From positions 160,001-224,000 of the forward strand of contig CBDANS010000006.1 of the NCBI GenBank assembly GCA_965197745.1: a DNA stretch of 64,000 bases. Direction: 5' to 3'. This document shows, one piece after another, positions 45,027 to 56,662 of this stretch. Below the pieces are notes generated by a model. It was not told the origin of the DNA. It did no database searches and saw nothing but the letters and a program-made list of their open reading frames with translations. Source of the stretch: Opitutales bacterium. GTDB lineage: Bacteria > Verrucomicrobiota > Verrucomicrobiia > Opitutales > PNEW01. The stretch's first letter is position 1, and every line of letters starts with the position of its first letter. The translations under genes were made by a program, and so were the position numbers.

Positions 45027-45102
45027 CCGGTATAAAAAATAAGGTGATAAAAATTATTAATGAGGGAAACAAAGATTGGCCTGCGAACATCGAATCTCTG
45101 CA

Positions 45103-45780
45103 TTAACTATTCTCACGCGCCATCACGGCGCGGGCATTTTCACTGGCATGCAGCGAGCGAACGGCCCCCGCCCGGAGCAAGGCAATATCATGCTCCGCGA
45201 GTTGGAATTCAATTCCATCCACGGTAAGGTCAATCGTTCCCTCCAACACATTCCAGTGTTCGTTCAGATTCAGCCTGGCTTCATCGAACTTTTCCCCATC
45301 GGCAAAATTAACAGCCCGCAATTCACTCAGTGGACAGCGTGATCCCGGATCGGCTATGGGCCCGTGGTTTTTTTCGCCGTTAACGACGAATCCGTCCACG
45401 GTCGGCTCCGGCGTACCGTCCTCTGAGACGAGAATATGGATGGGTCTTTTCTTGCGTTCCATGGGAGTGACAATGGCGGTGTTTTCCCCGTGGGAAAACA
45501 TCTGAAAGCGATGAATGACACCCATCGGGGTATAGACCATGGTATTCGGTGTAATATCATAGCGCTGGTCGTTCAGCCAGACCTCACCATGCCCCTTGCT
45601 GAAGAGCCAGATTTCGTCACAGTCGTGGTAATGCGGCTCGACGCCGAGCCCCGAGAACATATCGGGAAATGCTCTGAAACAATTAATCGCGGACCAGTCA
45701 GGAAATTCACCCAGTTCCCAATATATGAGGTCATTCGAATTCTTAGAAATGGTCGTATAATTTTTGCCCGTGATTTTCAT
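45103..45780 (-). CDS. Bicupin protein
   Basis: PHYHDCDEIWLFSKG...YTPMGVIH and a second repeat EHWNVLEG...DIALLRAG. Confidence 0.82.
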   Translation of the reverse strand: MKITGKNYTTISKNSNDLIYWELGEFPDWSAINCFRAFPDMFSGLGVEPHYHDCDEIWLFSKGHGEVWLNDQRYDITPNTMVYTPMGVIHRFQMFSHGENTAIVTPMERKKRPIHILVSEDGTPEPTVDGFVVNGEKNHGPIADPGSRCPLSELRAVNFADGEKFDEARLNLNEHWNVLEGTIDLTVDGIEFQLAEHDIALLRAGAVRSLHASENARAVMARENS

Positions 45781-45998
45781 CCTTTAACCTCCCGTTGGAT
45801 ACGCATTTAATTCCGCATGCACGCAGCTTGAATAGGATCGGACCATATTTCAGATAACGGCATAGGGATTGTTTATTTAAGTTGATTTTATTGTTTTTAT
45901 AAATGTAGACACTGTTTGTCGAAATTCGATTTACAATTTCCCATTGCGCACAGCTAATCGCAACCTGATCATCAACTTTAAACTGGAGCCCCTGTATA

Positions 45999-46931
45999 AT
46001 GCTGACCCTTGATAATTTAAAAGGAATATTTGCCGCCATCCCCATTGCAGCACGACCCGACGGAAGCTATATTGAAGAAGATTACCGTGCGGATATTCGC
46101 ACGGTTTGCGAGACTGGCACCCACGGCGCTTATACGACGGGAACTACGGGGGAATGGTACGCCATGGACGATAAAGAGTTTGCCTGGATGGTTGAGGTAT
46201 TTCTCGAGGAAACAAGCGGTCATCCCACCTTAACCCAGATAGGCTGTGGCGGTCTGAGCACAAAAGCCACCCTCGATCGAATCAGAATCGCGATAAAAGG
46301 ACCGCACCAGCCCGATGGATTGCAAATTCTCCTGCCCCCCTGGCAGCCGTTAACCAATGCCGAAGTTCTTGATTATTTTAAAGCGGTGGCTGATGCCGCC
46401 GAGGGAATTCCTATAATCCACTACAATACCATCAGGAGCAAACGCCTGTTATTGGAAAAGGAATATGAAGAAATTCTCTCGTCCGTTCCCACCCTGATTG
46501 GTTCGAAATCAGCCGTTTCTTCATACCCTGATATCGTAAATCTGCTCCGCGCCGGTCTTCCCATGAATCATTTTGTTGGTGGAGAATACAACCTCGTGCC
46601 GATGACGATCCTGGGCAGCAAGGGTGTTTACAGCGACTTCATCAGTTACTGGCCCCGGGCCTGTCTTAAGCTGTATGAATTATGCCAGGAGAGGCAATGG
46701 GAAGAGGCCATTGCCCTTCAGGAGAATTTTATCGCCTTTAACCTCGAAGGGCAAAAACCGTTGGAAACCCGCGGGTACACCGACTCCGGATGGGATAAGG
46801 GAAAGACCGAAGCCGCCGGATTTTTAAGATGCAAACGCTTTATCCGACCGCCGCATCATGCGATGAAAGAAGAAGACATCAAGCATTTGAGAAAAATCGG
46901 GCAGAAGTATTTCCAGGACTGGATCGGATAG
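45999..46931 (+). CDS. Dihydrodipicolinate synthase / NanA-like class I aldolase family protein
   Basis: GTTGE, IIHYN, IGSKS (Schiff-base Lys). Confidence 0.88.
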   Translation: MLTLDNLKGIFAAIPIAARPDGSYIEEDYRADIRTVCETGTHGAYTTGTTGEWYAMDDKEFAWMVEVFLEETSGHPTLTQIGCGGLSTKATLDRIRIAIKGPHQPDGLQILLPPWQPLTNAEVLDYFKAVADAAEGIPIIHYNTIRSKRLLLEKEYEEILSSVPTLIGSKSAVSSYPDIVNLLRAGLPMNHFVGGEYNLVPMTILGSKGVYSDFISYWPRACLKLYELCQERQWEEAIALQENFIAFNLEGQKPLETRGYTDSGWDKGKTEAAGFLRCKRFIRPPHHAMKEEDIKHLRKIGQKYFQDWIG

Positions 46932-46959
46932 GGAGTAAATGATTTCAAAAATCTCGCCG

Positions 46960-48309
46960 TCACGATGAGGCAAATTTTTCCTGGGGATTATCTATTTTAA
47001 AAGATAACAATAATAGTATGAGGGAAAAGCTCATACAAAATAACGCCGCCGCGCCATAGCTGCTGGTGTATTTATTAGAGAGACTGAAGACGATGGTTCC
47101 AAGCGCGGCTATAACGATGCTTAAAGAGTAAGCCAGGCTGCTGATAGTGCCCAGATGACGCAGCCCGAAATATCGAGGCCACATCACGCTGAAGAGCGCT
47201 ATAAAAAATCCTCCCACGGTGCCCTGGCAGAAGATAAACATAATCAAGCCAAGCGATGATGGTGTTAGAAGCAATCCCGTCATGGCAAGGATTTGCATCG
47301 CGGCAAAAGCAATCTGCAGGTACTTCAATTTTACCCGATCACTGAGCCAACTCAGGAAAAATCCGCTTGATACATTAAAAACAGCAATAGGTATAAAAAG
47401 CCCAAGCGATTGATTTCTCCCCAGACCCATTTCAGCGCCAATGGAAACAAGGTTAAAGGAAATCCCGGAAAACATGAAAGAAGTCATCGTAAAAGTCAGG
47501 GCATGAACCCAAAAAGCCAATGTCTTAACGGCTTCCTTCAAAGAAAACTCATGATGGGTAATAAATTTACTATCTAATGCAGTCTTGGAAGGATTTGGCT
47601 CCACCGGCGCGTTATCCATCCGCAACCCACATTCTTCGGGATTATCACGGTAAAAGAACCAGGCAATTGAAGTAAAGCCAAGGCAAATGAAGAACCCTGT
47701 AATGAACCATGTAGACTGCCAACCTATTAGTCCGATACAATAATTAAAGAACATCGGTGAACCGGCAAAAAAGGCAGCAGTGGTAGACCCGCTGATACCC
47801 ATCACTAACCCGCGCTTCTTATTGAACCACTTTGAAATCATGACGCGGGAAATAGTCTGCATGACACCGTGACTGAATATCCGCAATCCGACAAACCCGG
47901 TGATGATGACACAAAAAGCCATGGCCGAGGAGGTGGATAGATCAAATGCCAGCACAAGCATAGTTGTTATCCATTCACTCGCAGAAAGAAAAATAAGATG
48001 CGTTCCAATGGCGATGGAGCAAATGATACCGATGAGGCGAGCCCCGTATTTATCGAGCAGATAACCCATCCAGGGCAGGACAAAGGCTACGGGAATCGTC
48101 CCTATAAAATAGGCGCTGCTTAATTGTACACGCGACACTCCCAATGATTTTATAAGGGGGTCTATAAAAGCGCTGAATCCCATGGGATGGCCAGGGATCG
48201 ACATCAGGGCACCTACCGTTCCAATGACAAGGATTATCCATCCGTAATAGATAAAGCACCGGGCAGGATTTATAGGAAAGTCAGGCTGCAGAATACGGGG
48301 TGATGTCAT
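46960..48309 (-). CDS. MFS transporter
   Basis: About 12 hydrophobic segments, GYLLDKYGAR motif A, WFNKKRGL, RYFGLRHLG. Confidence 0.92.
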   Translation of the reverse strand: MTSPRILQPDFPINPARCFIYYGWIILVIGTVGALMSIPGHPMGFSAFIDPLIKSLGVSRVQLSSAYFIGTIPVAFVLPWMGYLLDKYGARLIGIICSIAIGTHLIFLSASEWITTMLVLAFDLSTSSAMAFCVIITGFVGLRIFSHGVMQTISRVMISKWFNKKRGLVMGISGSTTAAFFAGSPMFFNYCIGLIGWQSTWFITGFFICLGFTSIAWFFYRDNPEECGLRMDNAPVEPNPSKTALDSKFITHHEFSLKEAVKTLAFWVHALTFTMTSFMFSGISFNLVSIGAEMGLGRNQSLGLFIPIAVFNVSSGFFLSWLSDRVKLKYLQIAFAAMQILAMTGLLLTPSSLGLIMFIFCQGTVGGFFIALFSVMWPRYFGLRHLGTISSLAYSLSIVIAALGTIVFSLSNKYTSSYGAAALFCMSFSLILLLLSFKIDNPQEKFASS

Positions 48310-48390
48310 TAAATTAAAAAATTAATACTTATACCCAAGGGAATAGTCGACGCGGTAAAGAGTAAATAGCGATCACCCTGCCCGGTCGAA

Positions 48391-49224
48391 CTAAGTAGCA
48401 ATCGCTCCACTCCTCTCCCCATCAGCAATTTTGCCCTCGACGCGTTTAGATACGAGCAAGGCCATCTCATAGAGGAAACTCATTGGAACTGCCAGGAGGA
48501 GAAAAGTAAAAGGATCCGTGGTCGGTGTTATGACCGCGGCAAGACCTAGGAACGCGATAATACTGTAGGGGCGGAATGATCGCAGTTTCTCGACATTAAG
48601 AATCCCAATATAAACAAGGAGGATAACAATAAGCGGAAATTCAAAACTGATTCCGATTCCCAAAACCATCCACATGAGCAATCCATAATAACGATCGGCG
48701 GTCCAGAGAACCTCAAACCCAAACAAATGGTTAAAGAATATGGATGCTTTTAATGAAGCCGGCACGAGGGCAAAGAAACTGAATAGCGCGCCGATTAAAA
48801 ATAAAGAGAAAGCCAGAATACAGCCCGGTTTGAGAACTTTAAGTTCCTTTTCCGTTAAACCGGGCGCGACAAAGCTGGTGATAAAATATAAGATGAAAGG
48901 TAGTGCCAGGGCAAATCCACCGAGAAAAGATACTTGTAAGATGACTGAAAAAACAGCCATGGGAGATGTGGTAATTAACCCCTCTTCCGCATGTTGCCCG
49001 AGCGCCATTCGCAGTGGCCAATTGAGCAAACCCGCGAAGTACTTGAGAAAGCCCATGACCAGCATGCAGGAGACAATGAGCGTAACAATACAGCGAATAA
49101 GCGTGCCCCGTAAGTCTTCGAGGTGTTCTAAAAAACTCATTTCGCCCTTTTCAGGCTTCGAATTTTCCCCATCTATAGGGCTATTGTCTTCCATCGAAGG
49201 CCCCTCTGGTTTATCGTCCGGCAT
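48391..49224 (-). CDS. tatC: Twin-arginine translocase subunit TatC
   Basis: MSFLEHLEDLR, FVAPGL..KE, FEFP, AAVITPTTDP, LYE. Confidence 0.96.
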   Translation of the reverse strand: MPDDKPEGPSMEDNSPIDGENSKPEKGEMSFLEHLEDLRGTLIRCIVTLIVSCMLVMGFLKYFAGLLNWPLRMALGQHAEEGLITTSPMAVFSVILQVSFLGGFALALPFILYFITSFVAPGLTEKELKVLKPGCILAFSLFLIGALFSFFALVPASLKASIFFNHLFGFEVLWTADRYYGLLMWMVLGIGISFEFPLIVILLVYIGILNVEKLRSFRPYSIIAFLGLAAVITPTTDPFTFLLLAVPMSFLYEMALLVSKRVEGKIADGERSGAIAT

Positions 49225-49463
49225 GGAGTAATTTTATAGGTTTAAAAAGGTCGAATATAATTGGTTACGGTTTTAAGAAAAGGTTAATCGCTAACTCTAC
49301 GCGCTTGCTCACAGCTATTCGCTGAATATTATTACTCCATTTAATAATTTGTTCCATTGACACAATTGGTGAAATAATCTTTTTACCTTTCTTCACGTTG
49401 ATTACGCCGCAATAAGTCTAAATACTTAAAATAACGAAATTAAATTTAAATTAATCCAAGAGG

Positions 49464-52220
49464 ATGCCTACAAAAACCAGTCGAAAAAAAATGACAAAAC
49501 CCAGTCCGGCTGTTTCACGAAAAAAGAAAGTGAAGTACATTTATAATTTTGGCAAAAAAACGGATGGCAACGTAAAGTTAAAAAACCTGCTTGGCGGGAA
49601 GGGAGCCAATCTTGCCGAAATGGCGCGCATCGGGCTGCCTGTGCCCCCGGGGTTTACGATTACGACAGAAGTCTGCACCTATTTTTATAAGAACAGAAGA
49701 AACTACCCTCCTTCTTTAGTCACAGACACGAAAGCGGCGGTCGTCTCAGTTGAAAAGCAGATGGGCAAAATATTCGGGGACCCGAACGACCCCCTCCTGT
49801 TCTCCGTTCGTTCAGGCGCCCGCGAATCCATGCCGGGAATGATGGACACCATCCTTAATCTTGGACTCAATGATAGGACGGTTGTCGGCCTGACAAATTT
49901 AACCGGTAATCCGCGATTCGCCTATGATTGTTATCGGCGCTTTATCCAGATGTATGGCGATGTCGTGATGGGAGTACAACCGCGCAATGAAAAAGAGCCG
50001 GAGCCTTTCGATGCGATCATGGAAAAACTTAAGGAAAAAAAGTCGATTGTCGATGACACCGATTTAACCGCCGATGACCTGAAAGAATTGATCAGGCTTT
50101 TTCAAAAACTGATCAAGGAGCGAACCGGTAAAAGCTTCCCCCAGGATGTTTACGCCCAACTCTGGGGCTCGATCGGAGCGGTATTTGGTTCCTGGCAAAA
50201 TGACCGCGCTATGGTCTACCGGCAGAAATACAATATCCCTGTTGAGTGGGGAACAGCGGTCAATGTGCAGACCATGGTCTTCGGTAATATGGGCGACACT
50301 TCAGCAACCGGGGTCGCATTCACGCGCGACCCGGCCAACGGAGAAAAAGTATTTTACGGAGAGTATCTCATCAATGCGCAAGGGGAAGATGTAGTCGCCG
50401 GCATACGCACCCCTAAGCCGATCGCTCAACTTAAAAAAGAGATGCCAAAGGCCCATGCTGAACTTGAAACAGTGCGCAGGACTCTGGAAAAACATTTCAA
50501 GGACATGCAGGACTTTGAGTTCACGGTGGAGGAAGGAAAACTCTACATGTTACAAACGCGTAACGGTAAACGCACCGGTCTCGCCGCTGTCCGCATCGCC
50601 GTAGAAATGGTCGTAGAAGGACTCATGAAAAAACAGACGGCACTTAATAAAATCCCCGCTGATTCCATCTCCAGTCTGCTCGTTCCGGTATTCGACGCGC
50701 AGAGTCGTAAAAGCGCCAAGATCATCGCCACCGGTCTTCCCGCCGGTCCCGGCGCGGCATCGGGGAGGGTGGTATTTACGGCCAGCACGGCTGAGAGATT
50801 AGAGCGGCAGGGGGTCAAAGTAGTCCTCTGCCGAGTGGAGACGACACCTGAAGATCTTCGCGGGATGATCGCGTCGGAAGGTATTTTAACTTCACGCGGA
50901 GGAGTCAGTTCCCACGCCGCGCTCGTCGCCCGTCAGATGGGAAAAGTATGCGTATGCGGCGCCCACGAAATAGTTATCGATTATGAAAAGCGAACGCTTA
51001 CGGCAGGGAAGACGGTGCTCAATGACGGTGATGCCATATCAGTTGACGGCACTACGGGGGAAGTATTCTCCGGACATGTAGACACCGCTCCATCGGAGGT
51101 AAATCAGGTTCTTGCGGGTAAACTTAAACCGAAAAAAAGCTACACCTTCAAATTATTTGCGCAGGTAATGGAGTGGGCCGACCATCATAGAAAGTTAAAG
51201 GTTAGAACCAACGCCGACACTCCCGCCCAGGCAAAAATGGCCGTCGCTCTTGGCGCCCAGGGCATCGGATTGTGCCGGACGGAACACATGTTTTTCGAGG
51301 GGGATCGCATTACTTTCATGAGACAAATGATACTGGCCAGCAACGAAGAAGAGCGCCGCGCCGCATTGAAAAAGCTGCTCCCCTTCCAGCGAAACGATTT
51401 CGTCGGGTTATTTAAAGCCATGGAGGGCCGCCCGGTTACGATTCGACTGCTTGATCCCCCGCTGAATGAATTCCTTCCGATGGACACAGCTTCCCGCAGT
51501 GCCCTTGCCGAAGAACTTAATGTTTCTACCGAAGTGATCGCCGATCGTGTTAAAAGCCTGCACGAACAGAATCCCATGCTCGGGCACCGTGGTTGCCGTT
51601 TAGGGGTCTCTTACCCGGAGATCACCGAAATGCAGGCGAGGGCAATATTTGAAGCGGCCGCGCAATTAGTGAATGGAAAGAAGCCCGTGCCGGTAGAACC
51701 TGAAATTATGGTTCCCCTGATAGGTTTCACCGGTGAATTGAAAAACCAGGTAGACATCATTCACCGTATTGCCGATGAGGTGATGAAAAAGAAAAAGGTA
51801 AAGTTGCATTACCTGGTCGGAACAATGATTGAAATTCCGAGAGCCGCATTGATGGCCGAGCAGATAGCAGAGATGGCGGAATTTTTCAGTTATGGGACCA
51901 ATGATCTGACGCAGACAACACTTGGCATGAGTCGAGACGATTCCGGAAGTTTTCTTCCCGAATATAAAGATCTGGAAATTCTTGCACAGAACCCATTTGC
52001 CACTATTGACCAGGAGGGCGTTGGACAACTCGTCGAAATTGCTTCGGTAAATGGCCGGAAATCACGTAAAAATATTAAACTGGGAATCTGTGGTGAACAT
52101 GGCGGCGATCCCGATTCCGTAAAATTTTTCCATCGTGTCGGGCTCGATTATGTAAGCTGTTCACCTCCTCGCGTGCCTGTAGCGCGACTGGCTGCAGCCC
52201 AGGCAGCATTGGGTGATTAG
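49464..52220 (+). CDS. ppdK: Pyruvate, phosphate dikinase
   Basis: [27 protein letters not shown] (phospho-His), [18 protein letters not shown]. Confidence 0.98.
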   Translation: MPTKTSRKKMTKPSPAVSRKKKVKYIYNFGKKTDGNVKLKNLLGGKGANLAEMARIGLPVPPGFTITTEVCTYFYKNRRNYPPSLVTDTKAAVVSVEKQMGKIFGDPNDPLLFSVRSGARESMPGMMDTILNLGLNDRTVVGLTNLTGNPRFAYDCYRRFIQMYGDVVMGVQPRNEKEPEPFDAIMEKLKEKKSIVDDTDLTADDLKELIRLFQKLIKERTGKSFPQDVYAQLWGSIGAVFGSWQNDRAMVYRQKYNIPVEWGTAVNVQTMVFGNMGDTSATGVAFTRDPANGEKVFYGEYLINAQGEDVVAGIRTPKPIAQLKKEMPKAHAELETVRRTLEKHFKDMQDFEFTVEEGKLYMLQTRNGKRTGLAAVRIAVEMVVEGLMKKQTALNKIPADSISSLLVPVFDAQSRKSAKIIATGLPAGPGAASGRVVFTASTAERLERQGVKVVLCRVETTPEDLRGMIASEGILTSRGGVSSHAALVARQMGKVCVCGAHEIVIDYEKRTLTAGKTVLNDGDAISVDGTTGEVFSGHVDTAPSEVNQVLAGKLKPKKSYTFKLFAQVMEWADHHRKLKVRTNADTPAQAKMAVALGAQGIGLCRTEHMFFEGDRITFMRQMILASNEEERRAALKKLLPFQRNDFVGLFKAMEGRPVTIRLLDPPLNEFLPMDTASRSALAEELNVSTEVIADRVKSLHEQNPMLGHRGCRLGVSYPEITEMQARAIFEAAAQLVNGKKPVPVEPEIMVPLIGFTGELKNQVDIIHRIADEVMKKKKVKLHYLVGTMIEIPRAALMAEQIAEMAEFFSYGTNDLTQTTLGMSRDDSGSFLPEYKDLEILAQNPFATIDQEGVGQLVEIASVNGRKSRKNIKLGICGEHGGDPDSVKFFHRVGLDYVSCSPPRVPVARLAAAQAALGD

Positions 52221-52296
52221 CCGGGAAGATTTACACAACGGCTTTGTCTCTATCTCCATAAAGCGGCATAAAACAGATTTTTCTCTTTCTTAAAAT

Positions 52297-52326
52297 CAGG
52301 GGTTACGATTGCAAAGCCCCTTTTTC
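52297..52326 (+). terminator. Possible rho-independent terminator after ppdK
   Basis: AGGGGTT...AGCCCC stem followed by a T run. Confidence 0.4.
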
Positions 52327-52452
52327 CAGAAAAGAGTAAAACCATGAAAACATTCAAAGGCAGTCTATTCTTCGTAATCAGTTTATTGCTGTTTAATCCC
52401 GCAGGTTATGCAGGCGCCGTGGCTATAACGGGAGATACCAGTCCCCCTCGAA

Positions 52453-52484
52453 TTGACTAAAAGTCATATTTCATATATTATACT
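52453..52484 (+). promoter_or_regulatory. sigma70-like promoter for hflX
   Basis: TTGACT-17 bp-TATTAT. Confidence 0.45.
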
Positions 52485-52542
52485 TCTCAAAATTTGCGAA
52501 ATGATCGTACCCTTATTGTGAGACGAAACACGGGACCGTTGT

Positions 52543-53889
52543 ATGTTTGAGGTAGAGGAAAAACCAAAATTAGTAGAACTCGCTTTTCTTGTTGGTGTGG
52601 AATATCCGGGTGACAAACCCAGCGATACGGAATCATTGCTTGATGAACTTCGGGATCTTGTAGAAACCCTTCAAATTAATGTCGGGGGAAGAGAAGTTGT
52701 ACGGATAAAAAAACCCAAAAACAAATTCCTTCTCGGAACGGGTAAAACCGAGGAAATAATTAACCTCGCTAAAAAATCGGGGTGCGACTGCATAATTTTC
52801 GATGTGGAGCTATCTCCCGGTCAACAGCGTAACTGGGAGCGCGAGAGCAAAATCTGCGTAATCGATCGCCAGGAAGTCATTCTCGATATTTTCGCTGAAC
52901 GCGCTCAAACAAAGGATGCGGTTCTGCAGGTGGAACTCGCGCGCATGGAATATTCTCTTCCACGATTAAAACGCGCCTGGACCCATCTCAGCAGACAGCG
53001 AGGGGGCGGTGTCACTCAGCGTGGTGAAGGTGAAGCGCAACTGGAACTCGACCAGCGCATGGTACGCACCCGCATCGCGCATTTAAAGCGTGAGCTTACC
53101 AATGTAGTCAGGCACCGGACTCTGCAGCGCAAACGCAGGCAGAAAGTGCCGGTGCCCACTGCGGCTATTGTCGGTTACACCAACGCGGGGAAGTCATCTC
53201 TTTTAAATCGTTTGACCGGAGCTTCCGTTTTGGTTGAAGACAAACTTTTTGCCACTCTTGACCCGACCACCCGATACCTTGTTCTTCCTTCCGGGCAGAA
53301 ATTACTGTTGACCGATACTGTCGGATTTGTCCAAAAATTGCCTCACCATCTTGTCGACGCATTTAAAGCCACTCTTGAAGAAGCGGTGGTATCCGATTTT
53401 CTTATCCACGTAATCGACATCACCAGTTCCCAGAAAGTGCAGCATCGGGATACAACCTTGAGTGTTCTTAAGGAACTGGGCGCTGATGAAAAAAAGATTA
53501 TAACCGTCTATAATAAAATTGATCTTCAGCCCTCTGAGCAGGATAGAGCCATAATACCTAAGTCAGGCCCTAACACCTGTTGTCTCAGCGCACATACGGG
53601 AGCGGGAATAGAAAATCTTATCAACCGCATGGAAGGATTACTCGAAGACGGTATTACACCCATGGCGCTTATCATCCCGCACCAGCGGTATGACCTTGTT
53701 TCACAACTTCATAAATGTGGTGCCGTGAAAAAAGAATATTCACGCGAGGATGGTGTTTTTATTCAAGGGAATATTCCCCGTCAAATGCTCAAACAATTTA
53801 AACCCTACAGCATACGGGCGTACAACGGTTCATTCACCCATGTGAATGGAGAGAATATCGATATCGAGGATAAATCTCGAAAATTATAA
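52543..53889 (+). CDS. hflX: GTPase HflX
   Basis: GYTNAGKS, LFATLDPT, DTVGF, NKID. Confidence 0.97.
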   Translation: MFEVEEKPKLVELAFLVGVEYPGDKPSDTESLLDELRDLVETLQINVGGREVVRIKKPKNKFLLGTGKTEEIINLAKKSGCDCIIFDVELSPGQQRNWERESKICVIDRQEVILDIFAERAQTKDAVLQVELARMEYSLPRLKRAWTHLSRQRGGGVTQRGEGEAQLELDQRMVRTRIAHLKRELTNVVRHRTLQRKRRQKVPVPTAAIVGYTNAGKSSLLNRLTGASVLVEDKLFATLDPTTRYLVLPSGQKLLLTDTVGFVQKLPHHLVDAFKATLEEAVVSDFLIHVIDITSSQKVQHRDTTLSVLKELGADEKKIITVYNKIDLQPSEQDRAIIPKSGPNTCCLSAHTGAGIENLINRMEGLLEDGITPMALIIPHQRYDLVSQLHKCGAVKKEYSREDGVFIQGNIPRQMLKQFKPYSIRAYNGSFTHVNGENIDIEDKSRKL

Positions 53890-53964
53890 CGGTATTAAGA
53901 TAGGCGCAATGCTTTGTCTTGGTTTTCGGCCCTGAGTAAATTTCAATTTAATTTGTTTGTTTTA

Positions 53965-54715
53965 AGGACGAAGACGAAGAGTCTTCTTATTATAAAATAA
54001 TCCTTCTTTCTGGAGGGCCACGCGTTGTCGTGGCCGTGAATAGGTATGGGCTATCTATTGCAGATTATTGGACGAAGAGATAGATGTAGACGAAGACGAA
54101 GAGTAATTACGTATTATGATAATCCCCTATCTTCGTCTTGGTCCTCGTCTTCGTCCACGTTGAAGGGGATTAAGGTTTGGGCGATCTTCCACAATTATAT
54201 AATGTATCTATGAATTAATTGATTGCTCGATATGAGAACGGCCACGACGACGCGTGGCCCTCCGGAGATTAGGATGGAAGCGGGAAAGGGTGAATGCGTA
54301 GAAGCGATCATGTGTGAATATATATAAGCGAGAATGCTTGGATTAAATAACGGGAGGGCCACGCGTTGTCGTGGCCGCGAAATAGGGATGGGCTATCTAT
54401 TACAGATTATTAGACGAAAAGATAGACGTGGACGAAGACGAAGAGTAATTACCTATTAAGATAATCCCCTATCTTCGTCTTGGTCTTCGTCTTCGTCATA
54501 ATTTGCATGGGATTAAGGTAAGGGCGATTTTTGACATTTATTATGTGTATCTCAGTGTCTATTGATTGCTCGATCCGATAACGGACGCGACGGAGCGCGT
54601 CCCTCCCAATTTACCCTCTTTCCGGAGGGCCACGCGTTGTCGTGGCCGCGAAAAAGTTATGGGCTATCGGCTAAGATTATTGGACGAAGAGATAGACCAA
54701 GACGTAGACGAAGAG
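53965..54715. repeat. Composite REP (BIME/REPIN-like) array between convergent hflX and queF
   Basis: GGAGGGCCACGCGTTGTCGTGGCCG near 54012, 54353 and 54623, inverse copies near 54239 and 54582, interleaved with GACGAA-hexamer hairpins. Confidence 0.85.
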
Positions 54716-54746
54716 TTGTCTAATTCTTATAAAACTTTACGTGTGC

Positions 54747-55136
54747 TTAAATAAGCTCCCCCGAAAATGGGGGAATATCTGCGCCTTCATAATCGGGCAT
54801 TGTATGTTCGGCAACGACAACGGTTCGAATGCCTCCTCTACCCTTCCAGATTGACTCCACGCGCATCCAACGCGGTTGGCAGGCACTTAGCAGATCGTCC
54901 AAAATTTTATTGGTTAAAGCCTCATAGAATATACCTTCTGAACGATATTCCTGAAGATATAATTTATAGGCTTTTAATTCGATACATTGTTTATCCGGAA
55001 TATAGGTAAGGACAATCGACCCAAAGTCCGGATTCCCGGTTAAGGGGCATAATGAGGTAAACTCCGAAGCAACATGACGAATGGTGTAATCCCGATTCGG
55101 ATAAGCATTTTCAAATGTTTCTATTTTAGCTGCCAT
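54747..55136 (-). CDS. queF: NADPH-dependent preQ0 reductase
   Basis: EFTSLCPLTGNPDFG, IELKAYKLY, RGGI. The ATG at 55136 follows the queE stop. Confidence 0.93.
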   Translation of the reverse strand: MAAKIETFENAYPNRDYTIRHVASEFTSLCPLTGNPDFGSIVLTYIPDKQCIELKAYKLYLQEYRSEGIFYEALTNKILDDLLSACQPRWMRVESIWKGRGGIRTVVVAEHTMPDYEGADIPPFSGELI

Positions 55137-55140
55137 TTTA

Positions 55141-55821
55141 CTAATAACTATTCTCAATCTTACCCCCCAGTGGAGCAGGTGGCTTGGCGTTTGGATCCAT
55201 GATGTCCACATTATATAATTTGTGCATTTGATAACCCGCGCGAAAGGGACTGCCGTACTTTTTTATGGTCATTGAGATACTCTTGAGAACTTCAGCGTTA
55301 TTCCGTTGTGTCCACTCCGGATTAAGCCAGACATGCTCGGTATTGATGAAATCACTTATTTCATCCATCCATCGCTCAATTGTGGTCTCATCTTCAACGA
55401 TAATTTTAATCTCATCTGCCTTTTCAATGTTCTCTTTGAGTGGCATCTTCCACCATTTCGGACTGACGGTAATCCAGGCAAAATCACCTTTAATTTCATA
55501 CCCACCGCTGGTCTCCAAATGAGAATCGAGCCCGGCTTTATTTAAGGCCGCAGTCAGTGGTTTTAAATTATGTATTGCCGGTTCTCCGCCGGTGATAAGA
55601 ACAAACTCGCAGGGGTACTGTTGCGCTTTTTCCACCAGTTCTTGCGGTGAGAATTTGTCGACTTTTTCCGGTACGTAATCCGGGTGCCATGTTCCCGCGG
55701 AATCACACCAGGGACATTTTACCGGGCACCCGAAAGTTCTAATAAAGTAGGCGGCTTTTCCGACGTGAAATCCCTCACCCTGCCAGGTATAAAAACATTC
55801 GTGAATCGGCAGTAATTTCAT
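55141..55821 (-). CDS. queE: 7-carboxy-7-deazaguanine synthase (radical SAM)
   Basis: FYTWQGEG, GCPVKCPWCDS, ITGGEP, TVSPK, QMHK. Confidence 0.93.
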   Translation of the reverse strand: MKLLPIHECFYTWQGEGFHVGKAAYFIRTFGCPVKCPWCDSAGTWHPDYVPEKVDKFSPQELVEKAQQYPCEFVLITGGEPAIHNLKPLTAALNKAGLDSHLETSGGYEIKGDFAWITVSPKWWKMPLKENIEKADEIKIIVEDETTIERWMDEISDFINTEHVWLNPEWTQRNNAEVLKSISMTIKKYGSPFRAGYQMHKLYNVDIMDPNAKPPAPLGGKIENSY

Positions 55822-55832
55822 CCTTAAATTAA

Positions 55833-56540
55833 TTAAGATACCCGTTTCCAACTATTATTAACCATTTCGCCTACCGAAGGCGCTGATGACTCATAGGATG
55901 TTGGATCACTAATCCCGGCGAGGTAAAAAGCTTCCCGTCTTTCAATGCAAGTGCCGCAACGTCCACAGTGGTGTTCCCCTCCTATATAACAGGACCAGGT
56001 CTTTTCAAAAGGCACTTTAAGTTTTGCTCCCAGTTTTATAATGTCCGCCTTGCTCATGTCTACAAAAGGACGATGAAGCGACACGCAATGCCAGTCAGCC
56101 AGTTGAATGGTCTTGTCTAAGGCTTGCGCGAATTCTTCGCGGCAATCGGGATATATAGCATGATCACCTCCGTGCGCGGCATAAGATACGTTGTCGTATT
56201 TATGAGAAATGGCCCATCCTACGGCAACGGACAGCATAATCATGTTACGATTGGGAACTATGGTTTGTTTCATGCAATCCTCCTCGTAGTGCCCTTCGGG
56301 GACAGCGAGTTCGGGTGAGGTAAGACTACTGCCGGCAAGCAAATGAGTAATCCCTCTCAAATCCGCAACTTCATGCTCCACACCTGCATTATGAGCGATG
56401 TCTTTGGCACAATCGATTTCTATACAATGGCGCTGTCCGTAATCAACGGACAGGGCTTTAACGTCATGCCCTTCGTCTAACAAATGATAGAGCAAGGTTG
56501 TAGAATCTATCCCTCCGGAATAAATCAGCACTGTCTGCAT
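55833..56540 (-). CDS. queC: 7-cyano-7-deazaguanine synthase
   Basis: SGGIDS, YGQRH, VPNRN, YPDCR, TWSCY, CGRCGTC. Confidence 0.96.
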   Translation of the reverse strand: MQTVLIYSGGIDSTTLLYHLLDEGHDVKALSVDYGQRHCIEIDCAKDIAHNAGVEHEVADLRGITHLLAGSSLTSPELAVPEGHYEEDCMKQTIVPNRNMIMLSVAVGWAISHKYDNVSYAAHGGDHAIYPDCREEFAQALDKTIQLADWHCVSLHRPFVDMSKADIIKLGAKLKVPFEKTWSCYIGGEHHCGRCGTCIERREAFYLAGISDPTSYESSAPSVGEMVNNSWKRVS

Positions 56541-56662
56541 AGCTTAAAATAAAGTATTTTTACTTTAGTTATATTTTAATAAATCTTTACACAGGGCCCC
56601 ATAAGTTGTCAATGAGCGCGCTTATGTATTGGATCATCGTTATAGATTTGCCCCAATATTTT

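Noticed and set aside
51451..51478. PpdK DPPLNEF instead of the usual DPPLHEF
   Set aside because: A single substitution with all other motifs intact; its significance cannot be judged.
53965..54715. CRISPR array
   Set aside because: The repeats alternate in orientation, the spacers are long and similar to each other, and there are no cas genes; it fits REP arrays.
56541..56662. preQ1 riboswitch upstream of queC
   Set aside because: No recognisable aptamer; only a TTGACA promoter-like sequence on the minus strand.
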